The notes below the pieces were generated by a model that made no database searches, was not told the DNA's origin, and saw only the letters and a program-made list of their open reading frames with translations. DNA of 64,000 nucleotides from Anthoceros angustus (Eukaryota; Plantae; Anthocerotophyta): contig VJWM01000044.1 of the NCBI GenBank assembly GCA_010909165.1, positions 930,001-994,000 on the forward strand, read 5' to 3'. The position numbers and the translations under genes are program-made. Below, piece by piece: positions 46,610-60,162 of this stretch. How positions within the stretch are numbered: position 1 is the stretch's first letter; the number at the start of each line of letters is the position of its first letter.

Positions 46610-48564
46610 ATGTTTTCGCTGCAGCGGGTAGCTGCGGGAGCTAGGGTTCTACCCTCAGGGGATGGCTGCTGCACCTCCTCGTCTGCACAGATTTCCAGCA
46701 AACTTGGAATACAGGCGGCGCGGTTCCAAGGGCGACAGACGAGGAACCGCAAGTCCTTCATTGGTAGGCTGTTCGTGTCAAAGGCTGTTGATGTTGTCAT
46801 TTCTGCCCCCGGGTGGAATGTGACCCGGCTGTTTCCTCGTGCTCAGTCCTGACTGCTGCAAACCCTGTGCCGGAGCGGGAGCCGGAGTGCAAGAGCAATG
46901 CGAACGAGGAGGATTCTCGTCCGGGATCGGACGAAGTGGAGGAGATGGCAGTGGAAGGTTCCCCTGGCACCGATCATGAAGTCAGGGCAAGGGGTTCAGG
47001 CACGGACACGCAGCAGGCTAAGCACAGGGTTTATGCTCCCGCACGGAGAGCGGCCAGGAGGATCCTCACCGGCCGGCTACGAGGCGAGGACATCCTGGAG
47101 GCCGCCAATGCAGCAGGACTGCAGGTAGGGGCGAGGGCTATGAATGTGCTGATGCACGAGCTCGGCAATCTGAACGATTTCAACGGGGCCGTGGAGTCGT
47201 TCAAGGCGTTCAGGGCGGCGGGTGTGGATCCTAACTACATCGTGTGCACCACGCTCATCTTCATCCTCGGCAAGGGCCGCCGATTCCCCGAGGCGCAGCA
47301 GCTGTTCCGGTGGACGCTCCGGCGGGTGCCGGGGCCCCCGACCCCGGACTTCTTCCACACCTTCATGATCGCCTGCGCCAAGTGCAGGAACCCGGGCGCT
47401 GCCGCGCAGGCGTTCGCGGAGCTGGAGCAGCGGGGGATGGTGCCCGGGAGGACAGCGTACATGGGAGTGGTGTCGGCGTACCTCTCGGGCGGGGAGCGGG
47501 AGCAGGCGGAGGCGTGGCTGGCGAGGATGCGGGATGGCGGCATTGAGCCGGTGTGCAGCGACTACGAGGCCATGCTTGCGGCGTGCGCGCGGGCCAGGAG
47601 AGCGCAGGACGCGTCCGCCATCTTCCGCGAGATGCAGGAGCGGGGAGTGGAGGCCAGCGATGTGAGCCACCACGCCCTGCTCTCAGCCTACGACAGGTGC
47701 GATCAGTGGCGGGACGCGCTGCGCGTCCTGGTGTCCATGCGGGAGCCGGGCAGGTGGCCTGGAGCACGGCGCTCAGCGCGTGCGCCCAGGCCAGGCAGGC
47801 GGGCGTGGCGGAGGACGTGCTGGCGGAGATGCAGGCACGAGGGTGCGCGCCTCAGCGTGGTGGCGTGGAGCTGTTTGGTGGAGGCGTATCGAAGGGCGGG
47901 CGACTGGAGGGCGCGGAGTCGGCCGTGGAGGCGATGATGGCGGCCGGGTTGCTCCCAACGAGGTGACCTGGTGCTCGCTGATGGAGTGTTACGCCGCGGC
48001 GGGGAGGTGGGCCGGGCCGGGCGGGCGCTGGAGCGGGTGACCCGGCCTGGGGTGGTGGTCTGGACCGCGGCCATCGCCTCTGTGCGGGAGCCGGAGAAGG
48101 CGCGGGCTTTCTTCAAGGAGATGCGGGACGCGCGGTGCCAGCCGAATGTGGCCACCTTCTCGGCGCTGATGAAGGTGTGTGGCGACGCCGGGGAGTGGCA
48201 GCAGGCGGAGGCCGCGTTCCAGGAGATGGTGCGCTCGGGTGTGCCCCCGAACGCCATCGCCTGTGCCACGCTCATGCGGGCCTACGCCAAGGCCAAGCAG
48301 CTCGGTCGCGCCGGGGCGCTTCTCAGGCGGATGACGAGGCTGTATGGCGTGGAGCCTGACAAGTTCGTGTATACTGCGCTTCTGCGGGCGTGCTCTTTGT
48401 GCGGGGATTGGGAGCGGGCGGAGGCTGTGTTCGCGCACATGCAGGCGGTGGGGGTCCAGCTTGACGGAGTCGTGTTCCAGGAGATGATGCGAACTTACGA
48501 GGCCCATGGTCAGGTTGACAAGTCCGTTCGCCTTATGGAAGCAATGGCCAGCGGCCTCAGCTAA
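46610..48564 (+). CDS. P-class pentatricopeptide repeat protein, intronless, several apparent frameshifts; possible plastid transit peptide
   Basis: 35-aa motifs (PNYIVCTTLIFILGKGRRFPEAQQLFR, PNVATFSALMKVCGDAGEWQQAEAAFQEM, PDKFVYTALLRACSLCG); frame changes near 46812 and 47750-48010. Confidence 0.85.
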
Positions 48565-48792
48565 GTGAGCGCTTCGGCCATGTCAAGCGCGTAAGGGTGA
48601 CTTCAATTAAGAACTTTACGTGGCCGGTTCAAGAACTAGCAATGAATCGGCCCCAGAGTCCCAAAGCGTTGCAACTTCCCATGCCAAGTCGAAATCTAAG
48701 CCACCACACGATCACGACATAGTTCTGCAACAAAGTAATAACGTAAGAATACTGGACGATGGCCAGAACAAGGCCGCCATGTAAATCGCGAC

Positions 48793-49965
48793 TCATCCCG
48801 TTCGGAGAATGATGTGTACGCCGCTGTCTGTATCGATGATCTCGCTCAGCTCTCCGACCTGAAGGGAAAATGCTGCATCTTCAAAGGACTTCTGCATCTT
48901 GCCGCGGGGGAACCATCCTGCACACAAGACAGGGAAGTCGACAAACTTAGCGACGCATGAAACTGAAATAGACTCGCAACGACAGTCAGTGTTCAGGATG
49001 CTGTCATGCCGTTGTGGTTGCAAGTTTTTGGCTTTTGCGGTATACGATACCGGACAGTGGCCTGACTTCTACGACTGTTTCTTGGTAGGGTTGTGCTGCT
49101 CCTATCTAACGGAGGGGAAGGAACAAACAAGCTTAGAGAGTGTGCACAGTGCAAGGTGCAGAGTGCAGCTAAAGCTCAGGCTGACCAGATGCGAGCCCTC
49201 GTATGATGCAATATGAAATGCAGAGAATGACTCCCTCCAAAGGACTCCAGAAGTTTCTAGCTTCCTCAGACAGTAAAACATCTCCTTCGGACAAAGGCAT
49301 ACAAGGAAGCATCTCCTGCTTTTACTGTCTCAACAGAACTAGGAATATCCCCTGGCCCTCACAAGCCTACAAACGACACCACAGTACAAAGTGTAGTACA
49401 CCAAGATCTACGGATCTGCAGAGCACCAGATGCATTAGTTCACATGGCACATTGTGTAAAGCTTCCAGCACCGCAGATGACCCATAGTTTGCGTGCCCTT
49501 CCACGCCAGGTACGGTTTTCCGACCATGAGCATGAAACCGGCGATGACCTAGAGCGCTGCAAAACTTAAAGCTGCGGGGCAGAGCACATCAGACATTGGA
49601 AGGCAGAGAATTTAACATGAGACATGGGAAAGTCTATGTTACAAGTCCAGACCTACAGGGCAACGCATAGACGAGAGAGGTTAGACCACAAGAACACCAT
49701 TGCGGCAATGGAACTTTGAAACAACCATCTCACCAAGATCCCCGCCCCGCTTAGCTGAGCTGCAGTCCGAGTGCTGAAGAGCCAGATCCGCCAGCTGCTT
49801 TCCTCCATAGACTACGTCGTCCCGAAGCTTCTGGAGCTTTGCAACCGCTGCATCATACGTCGTGTTCTTGATGACCTTGCCGTCCGGATCGCGCCAGGAT
49901 GCTGGCCTTCGGGAATTCTGGTGTTTCACCAACAAATGCGCTGCACGGACTTGCTCAGAACTCAT
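48793..49965 (-). CDS. PIN1: Parvulin-type peptidyl-prolyl cis-trans isomerase (plant PIN1-like, no WW domain), 118 aa
   Basis: complement(join(48793..48917,49734..49965)), GT-AG intron; [48 protein letters not shown] and [12 protein letters not shown]. Confidence 0.95.
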
Positions 49966-50734
49966 CTTGGTATCCTGTGTGTGATGCCACCCAAGCCGCG
50001 GCTCCTCGCTACCAGCAATTGACGCTGGATGACACAACACAGAAGAATTGCACCTTGGCAACTTTAGGTGAGAGCAGCAACTAGGGTTTAGGGCAATTTC
50101 CTACCATTCAACCAAGGTGCCATCCCTATCTCACCTCACCGACATCACATAAGTATCTCGGTAGGTACATACCAGATATCTCGATACAATCGGCAACTTG
50201 TAGACATGCTCCTTTCTAATGCTAAAAAGGAACCCACCTTCGAACCTACACTTCAGGTCTATTCGCAGGCTCTTAAAAAATAGAGATTGTTTGTATCTCA
50301 AATAAGTAATACCTGTAATATCTAAATTTTAATATATATAAGAAATAAAAAAAATTACTGATTAGAGAGAGATTTCAAACGACATTTGTGTAGGGGTCCC
50401 GGATGAAGTTTAGGCGAGCACCTACACAAGCATGCATCCTATCTCCTAGATTGAAGATAGGGGCTATGAGGTCCTCGGCAAACATGCCCCTTGGAGCCTT
50501 TGAAGTAGCACCTCGGTTGTTGTGCCACTCTGAGTATAAAGAGAGAATATAATATGACTGTACAGGAGCCTTGTACTAAGATGAATATAATATAATTGTA
50601 CAAGAGCCTTGCTCCTTGGCACCCTGCCTTGTCTCTAGACCATGCTTCAGGTTGTGATTAGAGTGTCAATGGAGTGCTGGCTTGCCAAGTTTCTGACCAC
50701 GCTTCAGGTCATGATTGGAGTGTCAGTGGAGTGC

Positions 50735-51760
50735 ACTGTATTGCTGACCGCTGGTGTTTCACTTATCACTTGTCATGATCCTTATTTGTGTGTGTGTGTG
50801 TGTGATGTTTTGATGTCTCGAGAGTTTCACTCATCACTTGTCATGATCCTTATGTGTGTGTGTGTGTGTGATGTTTTGATGTCTTGAGAGTTTTGATGTT
50901 TCTCGAGACATCGGTTTCTCATTTCACTGTATTGCTGACTGTTGGTGTTTCACATATCACTTGTGTCATATCACTTGTGTCAGTGGAGTGCTAGCTTGCC
51001 ATGTTTCCTGACCATGCTTTAGGTCATGATTGGAGTATCAGTGGAGTGGTGCAGTTTCTCATTTCACTGTATTGCTGACCGCTGGTGTTTCACTTATCAC
51101 TTGCCACGATCCTTATGTGTGTGTGTATGATGTTTTGATGTCTCTCGAGACATCGGTTTCTCATTGTGTGTGTGTGATGTTTTGATGTCTCTCGAGACAT
51201 CGATTTCTCATTTCACTGTGTTGCTGACTGTTGATGTTTCACTTATCACTTGCCACGATCCTTATGTGTATGTGTGTATGATGTTTTGATGTCTCGAGAC
51301 ACCTGCTTCTCATGTGTGTGATGTTTTGATGTCTCTCGATACATCGATTTCTCATTTCACTGTGTTGCTGACTGTTGATGTTTCACTTATCACTTGCCAC
51401 GATCCTTATGTGTGTGTGTGTATGATGTTTTGATGTCTCTCGAGACATCGGTTTCTCATTGTGTGTGTGTGATGTTTTGGTGTCTCTCGAGACATCGATT
51501 TCTCATTTCACTGTGTTGGTGATCGTTGATGTTTCACTTATCACTTGCCACGATCCTTTTGTGTGCGTGTGATGTTTTGATGTCTCTCGAGTCATCTGCT
51601 TGCTCATATCAAAACAATATGATTGTACATGAGCCTTGTTCGTATTACTAGAGTACTGCAGTTCCTCATTTCACTGTATTGCTGACTATTGGTGTTTCGC
51701 TTACCACTTGCCACGATCCCGATGTGTGTAAGTGATGTTTTGATATCTCTTGATTCATTT
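50735..51760. repeat. Minisatellite of ~145-bp units with embedded (GT)n
   Basis: CTCATTTCACTG anchor near 50918, 51058, 51208, 51351, 51502 and 51665. Confidence 0.9.
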
Positions 51761-52403
51761 GCCTCAACGGCTAAACTAGCAACTTGTGAAGTAAATTGGT
51801 ATTTCCTTATGGTCAATCGAACTATGCTGTTTGCAGTCCGCCATGAATACGGGTAGACTAATCATTAACCAAATGCAAAACGGTAGATAGGCAAAGCCTC
51901 GAGAGTACTCACTTTTGTACCAGGGTCTGTAGAAGGAGCAGTTAGGCAAAGCCTGGAGAGTACTCACTTTTGTACTAGGGCATAGTCTATAGAAGCCCTA
52001 TTTACCAGTATTAATATAGTTTATCAATTTAAACTCTTTATGAAAATGAGTACCTACATGTTGAGGACCTCACTTGTACCAGTTATGGTTTACTTTGCGG
52101 CATGTTTTGTGAGCCATAGTCGAGTGGGACAAGGGATTGCTTGATTGTCTGGTGATGCTAGAGCTTTAACACCTTTCAGCCTTGCCATAACGAAATGCTA
52201 CGCCTACACCTTTCACACCTTGAATCTTTTTATTGAATTCCGGAATTGCCGGCCTTACTAGCATTGTGTCCATGTACAGTAACAGGAAACTGTCAGTTCA
52301 TGTCTTACGTCGACGTGGCAGGGTTTCATTAGGACGCAGTCTGATATCAGGATGCACCTCGACTCTTAAGCTTGTATGCATGTCGGTTATGTACAGGTAA
52401 CTG

Positions 52404-54448
52404 CTAATTAGAGTGCAAAGGTCTTCTCCACTGCGACCCTGACTTGAGGTCGTCGGCGACGCAATCTGCAGAGCTGATGTATCTTTTCAGAGCGGAAGAC
52501 ACGTACTCTTTGTGGCTCATACACATCTCTACGATTTGAAATCTTTCGTTGCAGTCCCTCTTGAGCTCCTCGTTCATTGCCTTGATCTTCTCGTTGTAGT
52601 CTGCTACCCTTCTCTGGATTTGGTTCGGAGGAGTGTGTGAGACTTCAAAGCCTTAAATCATGTGTAAAAAGATCAAGAAGCAAAGATTTCTCAGGCGAAC
52701 AAACCTGCACTTGATCTTGCAGTGATTTCAGGCGTTGTTCCGCAGCTGCCAATTTCTGAAGTAAGTCTCCTTGCTCCTCAGCCGTTGCAGACAGATCAGC
52801 TTCCAGCTTTTCCTTGATAGCGTTGCACTTTGCTTCAAGCTGTTCCAGGGAAATGCATCTGAGTGAATGACAGTTCTCAAGACATACTCCGGGCGGTACC
52901 AGGAAGAGCATTCGGGCAGACCTTGTGGTGCTGAGACTCTTGGGCTGTTATCTTGTCGAGCAGCTCTTGCTTGGCCTTGTTGCCCTCGTATAGCTGCTTC
53001 TGGATTGCCAACCGTTCCTCTTGGTCTGCTAACATGTTTTTCTCGCTCAGTGATTTGAGCTCTTTGATCTTTGGTTTCACAGTCCCCTTTAGGTCTTCAA
53101 GGATGATTTCGGTAACTTTGTCCGCTCTGGGGTTGACATTCAGCTCAAACTCGCCATCCCCTTCGCCGACTGTGAACTGTAGACTGAATGTAAAGAATCA
53201 CACCAATCAGAGGCGAGGAACTACAGACAGGAGATGTGTGTTGGACGACGTTAGACAGCTAGCATACCTTCGGGCCAACTCGTTGAAGGTAGTGACTGCA
53301 GCTTCGACATCCTTCAGCTTCCTTGACAACTGCACTTCGCAGTCCCACTCTGTTTTTTTCACCTCCTCGATCTCCGCCTGTACTGCTTGCAAGTTCAACC
53401 CCAAAAGCTGTGAATCCTTGGCCATGAGCTCATAGTCCACTGATTTAACCTGCTGTGCATCCACTCTCTCCTTCAGACTGGCATTCTCCCGCTCAACAGC
53501 TGTCCTTTCGGCTTGTTTTGCACCTAGGTCAGCCTTCTTCTCCTCCACTTTCTTGGCACAAGCTACAGTGTGATCCTGAAAACTGTTGACAACCGCAATG
53601 AGCTTCTCAATGTCCGCTGCCAAATCAGTCTTTTCTGCTTTCAGCACATCCTGGGGATCGACTTGCAATTCCTTGAGCTTCTCCTCCTGCTCTAGAAGCT
53701 CTGCCTCAGCCTTCTCCTGCTCCTGCGCCAAAGCCTCACACTCCTGCACGAAGTGGTCTTGGAAAGCAGCCTCCAGGGCCTCGCATTGCTCATCCATCCC
53801 TTGCAGAAAATATGCATAGCTCTGTGCCGCTGACTCAAACAGCGCCCTTCCCCCTCTGTCACACCCGAGTACCTCCCCCCCTGCATCAAATTCTTGCCCC
53901 TGCAAATCCTCCTCGTTAGCCCGCTCTTCATACACAAGCAGGTTCACCAGCCAGGTAAGAGCAGCTAACAGCCCGGGCCAAGTCTGCGGACTCCCGGCAG
54001 CGTACAAAGCGCTCTTGTTGATCACAAACGGATACCCCAGCCTCTTGAACATAGCATGCACATCCTCCTCCAGCTTCGTCATCTTCACATTCACATCCAC
54101 CTGTTTGAACAAAAACAGAATGATCCCGGTAATTTCCTTCTGCGTCGGCGACGCCAGCAGCTTCTGCGACACCACTGCAGTGTAGCCATGCGTGGTGAGG
54201 TATGACATGAGAGTCTTGACGCACTCCATCTGGAAATTCTTGTCCCCGACTGGCCGCGGATCGGCGCGAGCCTGCGTGCCCGCTCTGCCGTGCATGGACG
54301 CCCGGTGCGACAAGCTGGACCTGCCATTAGGCCTCGGCGCATGCGGAAGAGACACTCGAGGCTGCTTCGGGCCACCTGCCCGCGGAGGCGGCCTGCCTCT
54401 ACTGTTCAGCTGGGAGGGGCTCAAGCTGGCTAGCGTGTTCCGCCTCAT
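52404..54448 (-). CDS. NDC80: Kinetochore protein NDC80/HEC1, 4 exons, about 595 aa
   Basis: complement(join(52404..52613,52705..52839,52922..53183,53268..54448)) stays in frame; CH domain DPRPVGDKNFQ...LGYPFVINKSALYAAGSPQTWPGLLAALTWLV followed by coiled coil. Last exon least certain. Confidence 0.92.
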
Positions 54449-54985
54449 CCTTTCCCCTTCAAGCCAACGACCGTCCTCCAGTCCTCACCACCTAAAATCC
54501 TACTTGAAACGCAACATTCTGCAACCAGGCGCATCAAACGAGCCACCCTGCTCCATCCATCTACAGATCAAATTGCTCTTGTGCGCATTCAAGCCATCGG
54601 ATTCGGAGGCAACGCCAGACACAAGACCAAAAAGCGCGGGAAAAGCGTTCTCTTTGCTCTAACAGGCCATCTTGCGACTCCTTCACGCGCCTCTCCTCAC
54701 TCGCACAAACATTCCTCTTGCATTCCGCAGGCATCGCCTCCAGCGGAGCGTAGAAGCCTGCGAGGGATCAATCGACACAACATTCTCAGCAATGTAGGCC
54801 ATCGCAGACGCAGTGAGACTCTGGAACAACGTTCAAAACTTCACACACATTTCGCGCAGAAACGTCTCTTTTGAAATACGTGTTTAAAAATGCGGCACCG
54901 GTCCTCGATAGGTACGCATATCTAGGTGCCTAAAGCATTTTTCTAATAGAATTTCACCAGAAGGTCCATTGAACCAAGTGGGTAC

Positions 54986-57810
54986 CTACGTGTTCTCATT
55001 AACTTCAATGTGAAGTTGTTGCTCATCCCCTTCTACATCTTTTCTTGGGAGGCTTCTCAAAGTGGCATAAATGTGGTCCTTCAGCGGATGCTGTGTGTCT
55101 CGAGCACCAAATCTGTGCACATCATGTTGATGCTCGATCCAGGTGCATCCTGTCTCCCCCTTTGCTTTAGCAGCGGCCATCTTTCTTCGAGTGTCAGCAT
55201 CCTCGTCCGGCCTGCCAGCAGCTGAATAGATGTTGGACATCAGATCATATGCTGCTGCATTTCCTGGTTCCAGCTCCACGATTCGCTGAAAGGATCGGCG
55301 GGCTACCTCCAAGTTGCCATGACTTTGGCAGGCTGCAAGGACAGACCTCCACATTGCAGCGTGAGGTTGCAAAGGCATTTGCAGGATGAGGTCCTCTGCC
55401 TCGAGCACATGTCCGGACCGGGCAAGGAGGTCTACTATGCAGGAGATGTGGTGCAGCCCAGGATTGATGCCGAAGTCATCAGACATTGAGTGGAACAGCT
55501 TACGTGCAGTATCCAATAGACCAGCATGGCTGCACGCGGATAGGACGGAGAGGAAGGTGACATCAGTGGGCTTGAGACCTTCCTCCTGCATTTCCTTGAA
55601 GGCTAGAAGAGCTTCCTGAGCATGACCATGTCGAGCGTATCCCCCTATGAGAGCATTCCATGACACAGCATTTCGTTCTGGCAAGTGGTCGAACACCTGC
55701 TTTGCTTGATCTAGGTGCCCGCATTTTGCATACATGTCAACCAGGGTGCTACTGACAGCTGTGTCGGCACAAGTCTCCTCTGAAAGTTGAGCATGAACCG
55801 CTGTTCCTTCGCCCAGAGCTGACATGCCACCACATGCTCTGAGGATGCTCACAAAAGTAAGCTTATTCGGTTTGATCCCCTCCTGCTGCATTTCTTGAAA
55901 CAGAGCAAGAGCCTCCTGATCATACCCATGCTCGACGCATCCTTCAATCAATGCATTCCAGGCCGATACCTTTCTTTCTGTCAAGCGGTCAAAGACTTCT
56001 CGTGCTTCATCTAGGCTCCCACATCTCATGTACATGTCCACCAGAACGGTGAAAAGGCTTGCATCCAACTCCAACCGCGTGCTGTGGAGGGCAGCATGAA
56101 CCTGCTTACCGCGGTCCAGAGCTGCTAGCCTGCCGCAAGCCTTGAGGATAATCATAAAGGTAGCTTTACTGGGATTTATGCCCTCAAGTTGCATTTGCTC
56201 GTATAGCTGAAGAGCTTCCTCGGCATGCCCTTGCTGCACGTATCCCCCGATCATGGCATTCCAGGACATCAAATCTCTGTCAAGCAACTTATCAAAGACA
56301 TCCTTTGCCTGACTCATGCTTCCCAACATACTGTACATGTCAATTAGACTATTTCCAATAGCAAGATCTGATTCCCAACCCCTATCAATAAGCTGCATAT
56401 GGCAGTGCTTGGCAGTGTCTAGAGCACCAATGCTGCCACAAGCTTTGAGGATGCTCAAGAACGTCACTCTATCCGGGTTCACTCCGTCCTCTTGCATTTG
56501 CCGCAGAAGTTGCAAAGCTTCCTCACCATGCCCTTGCTGAGCGTATCCACCTATCATGGCATTCCATGAGACTACTGTTTTATCTTTTAACGCATTGAAA
56601 GTGCTGCGGGCCTTGTCCAGGCTCCAACACTTTGCATACATGTCAACAAGAGTGTTGCCCAATTCTACATCGGAGTCAAGCTCAAGCTCCACAAGCTTCT
56701 CGTGCACTTGCTTGCCTTGATCAAGTGCAGCTGCGTTGCCACAGGCTTTCAGGATAATAAGCATTGTTACCTTATCTGGCCCAACTCCACCTCGTTGCAT
56801 CTCATGAAATAGTAGGAGGGCCTCCTGTTCTTGGCCATATTGTATATATCCTGACAATAGGGCATTCCACGACACACTGTTTTTCTCAGGCAGATTCTCA
56901 AACACTTCCTGGGCATCCTTGAGGCTGCCACATTTGGCATACATGTCCACGATTGTGCTCCCCAATACTACATCCAAATAGAGCCCACTCTTTATCAGCA
57001 GCGCATGTGTCTCCTTTCCCTTCACGAAAGAAGCCGTACAGGCACATGCTTTCAGAGTGCTTACGAATGTGACCCTATCTGGTTGCACGACTGCTTTGCG
57101 CATGCATTCGAAAAGTTCAAGAGCCTCATAACCTCGCCCATTGTTCGCATATCCTGTGATCATAGTATTCCAAGACACAGCATCAGCTTGTGGTAAGTTC
57201 TGAAATATCTTCCAAGCCTCATCCAGACTTTTGCACTTGATATACATGTCAAGCAGGGTATTGGCAACATATAGATTTGCTTCATATCCAGTCTCCAGAA
57301 TGTGCGCATGGATAAGTCTGCCTTCTTTCAGAGCCGCTGCACTGGCACATGCCTTTAGAGCAGCCACATAAATGAAGTCATTGGCCTTGAAACCTGACTG
57401 TTGCATCCTTTGATATAACTTGATAGCCTGCTCGCAGTCACCATGACTAGCATGGGCAGATATGATTGCCTCCCAGGTGTGCGTAGTCGGTTTCACAATT
57501 TTGCAGAAAACTTGGTCTGCTTCAAACAGTTTCCCACATGAAGCGAATAGGCGGATCAGACTGTTTCCTAGATATGCATTTGAGTCCAAACCTTCCTCCA
57601 CCATAAAAGAGTGCACTTTTCTTCCCACTGGCAGATGTTTCTCTCTGATGCACTGTTGCAATAGCGAATGTAACAAGTGTGTTGTGATGCGGCTTCCTCT
57701 TTCACGAGAACCCTTTACAGCCCGAAGTGCTCGTTCAAGCCGTCCTTCTTGGCTCGATTCGCTTAACTTCCTGTCCTTTTTGCCCTTGATCCTGCAACTC
57801 CAAAAACTTC
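54986..57810 (-). CDS. PLS-class PPR protein with E1/E2/E+ extension and no DYW domain; start codon unresolved
   Basis: Repeated L-V-D-M-Y-A-K-C-G / V-S-W-N-A-[ML]-I-G-G-Y triplets, HHISCIVDLLARSG, WRSVLAACQSHG and PG-box-like GCTWIE; frame stays open to about 57808 with no in-frame ATG before the first PPR motif. Confidence 0.93.
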
Positions 57811-58641
57811 AATCGTGTTACAAACATGTGGCACACACGCAAATCAGTGCAATGACACACCAATTTACCAAACGACTGAGAGTGCTGCCTCACAGCAGCA
57901 TTACCTGCCACCACTGCCCTTTGGGCTGTCACAGTTCCCATGAGAGACTGAGCAGAGCTGTGCCGTTAGTTGCACAGCCAGGAACTTTGGTATGGAGGTT
58001 GTGGCTCCTGCTTCAAACCCAAGGCAACCTGAAGTAAACAAACAAACAATGGTCATTCTGAGCCATTCCTGAAACATGTCGAGCAATCCACTTCAATCAC
58101 GTCTATCCTCGTAACTTCTTCAAGCTGTAGCAACTTACTCAATCTGTCACACCACGGAATTGAAGGATGAAGCACCTTGGTCCTTGACGTGTCTCTCGCT
58201 CCCATGGATGCCAAAATTCTAAACATAGTCTTTAGCAGCTCATGCCATCTGCGTCCCACACCCCTGACACTCCTCTGCTGTTTTTGCGTGCTGCAACTCG
58301 GAGCGGTGATGTACCTTTAGCATGACGTGCGGAGCCTTGAAATATGCAGGACTTGAGCATCCTCTTCTCCACTGGCACAGGCCTGCGCAATCCCCCACGG
58401 CCCTGCAAGCTAAGGAGGCCAAGTGGCAACCGAGTTTCCAAGCCCCACGTGCAGCAGAAACGGGGCGGATGAAGGGGTTGGTAAGCCGAGGTGGTTGCGA
58501 CCCATCGCCATCGCCCAGCTCCAGCTCCTCAGCTCCTGAAGAGGTCAGGCCCGTTACGCCATCACCAATGTGTGTTGAGCAAGCAAGCTGTTCACGTGTA
58601 GCCGGCGAGAGCCAGAACCAGAAGGCAGTTTCGCTCAAACG

Positions 58642-60162
58642 ATGTCGGGCTCCCAGGCACCCGAGGAAGCTGAGGGCATGACCCCGCCCGAGGACTCTGA
58701 TCTTGCAGCTCAACAAGCGGCATGGACGAGGTCTGTCTCTGCTGGCCAGTTTCTGTGCTGGGTTCTTTTCAGATTTCTTTGGGCTGAAAACCCACCACGC
58801 CCACAGGGAGCAAGAATGCTTGAAACGGAGGCTGATACTGCACGATGACTATCCTTGGAAGCTTGGCCCCTCTTCTCAGCCTGGAGGTGCAAATGACTCA
58901 GAAGCTGCTTCAGACGGGCAGCAATTGCTGCAGCTTGTTGCAGGAGTAGATCTGAGCTTCGATAAGCAAAATGCAGATCGTGCATGTGCATCCCTTGTGG
59001 TCATGCATATGGATAACATGACAGTGCTGTATGAGGACTTCCAGATAGTGCAATTGACAATGCCTTATATTCCTGGCTTTCTTGCTTTCCGTGAGGTCAG
59101 TTAGCTCCATCCTCTTGCGCTATTAAAGTGTTTCCACAAGCTGCGGCTTGGTTGTGTGCCACCCCGGACAAGGTCTCACCAAAAACGTCACCTGCTGTTT
59201 GGCTGCAGTGTCCTGTGCTTCTGATGCTTCTCCAGAAGTTACAACACCTAAAGCCCGATCTGTACCCTCAGGTACTGGCAGAAGGACGACAAAAGTGGCC
59301 AGTGAAAGTGCTGCACTTCGCTTTTGCAAATGAGACTCTAACTTCCTTGTGATGAACTTGTCAGCTCCTAATGGTTGACGGCAATGGGATCCTACATCCA
59401 CGAGGTAAACTCTCTTACATTTGCCTACACCGCTTCAGTTCTGCCAACTTTCTCATGTGCGCAGGACTGAGCCATTCGACTTCCAGGATTCGGGCTAGCA
59501 TGCCAGCTCGGAGTTCTGGCTGACATCCCAAGCATTGGAATAGGCAAAAACGTGAGACAGACCAACACCTCTTCGCCTCAAATGTCTGTCTCTGCCTCAA
59601 TGTCCGTCTGTGCCTCACTCTTTTGCTATGTGATCGTCCAGCTGTACCACCTGGACGGCCTTGCTGATGCTGTGAGAGGCTTGCAGTCTGATGCATCTCT
59701 ACATGGGGGAGACTCTGTACCCCTAGTGGGCAACAGTGGCCAAGTATGGGGAGCGGTAATGTTCTTCTCCCTTTCTTCTTCCTCCCTCCATCAACATTTT
59801 GGCCCCCGTCCCCTAGCCAAAAGTCTTGCTGTGGGCGGTGATGTTGAAGGCTTTGAGGAGCTACGATGGATGCACCAAGCCTATCTTCGTTTCAGTTGGA
59901 CACAGAGTCTCTCTTGAAACTGCTGTTGCAGTTGTGCGTCGACTCTGCATCTACAGAGTACCGGAGCCTGTTCGGCAGGTTAGTACATCCCTTCCTTGCA
60001 CTCAGTTTCTCCAACAAAATTGCCAAGCTCCATTTTCTTCTGTGGCTAGGATGCCATACTCACGTGGACTTCATTTTGCAATCCTCACTATGCGTCTCTC
60101 TGCTTCTGCTTCAGGCCGATCTGAAGTCTCGAGAATTTCTTCGTTCACACCCTGCGGAATGA
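58642..60162 (+). CDS. ENDOV: Endonuclease V (deoxyinosine/inosine-RNA endonuclease), about 7 exons
   Basis: VAGVDLSF, MPYIPGFLAFRE, LMVDGNGILHPRG, DIPSIGIGKN and KPIFVSVGHRVSLETA in consecutive exons. Confidence 0.95.

Noticed and set aside
44350-50095. TTTAGGG/TTAGGG words near 44351, 46272 and 50085 as interstitial telomere repeats
   Set aside because: Isolated single units, expected by chance.
50735-51760. Regularly spaced repeats as a CRISPR array
   Set aside because: Intervening sequences are themselves repeated, not unique spacers; no cas genes.
58240-58716. ORFs on both strands upstream of ENDOV as separate genes
   Set aside because: No motifs; they overlap the probable promoter/5' regions of ENDOV and the PPR gene.
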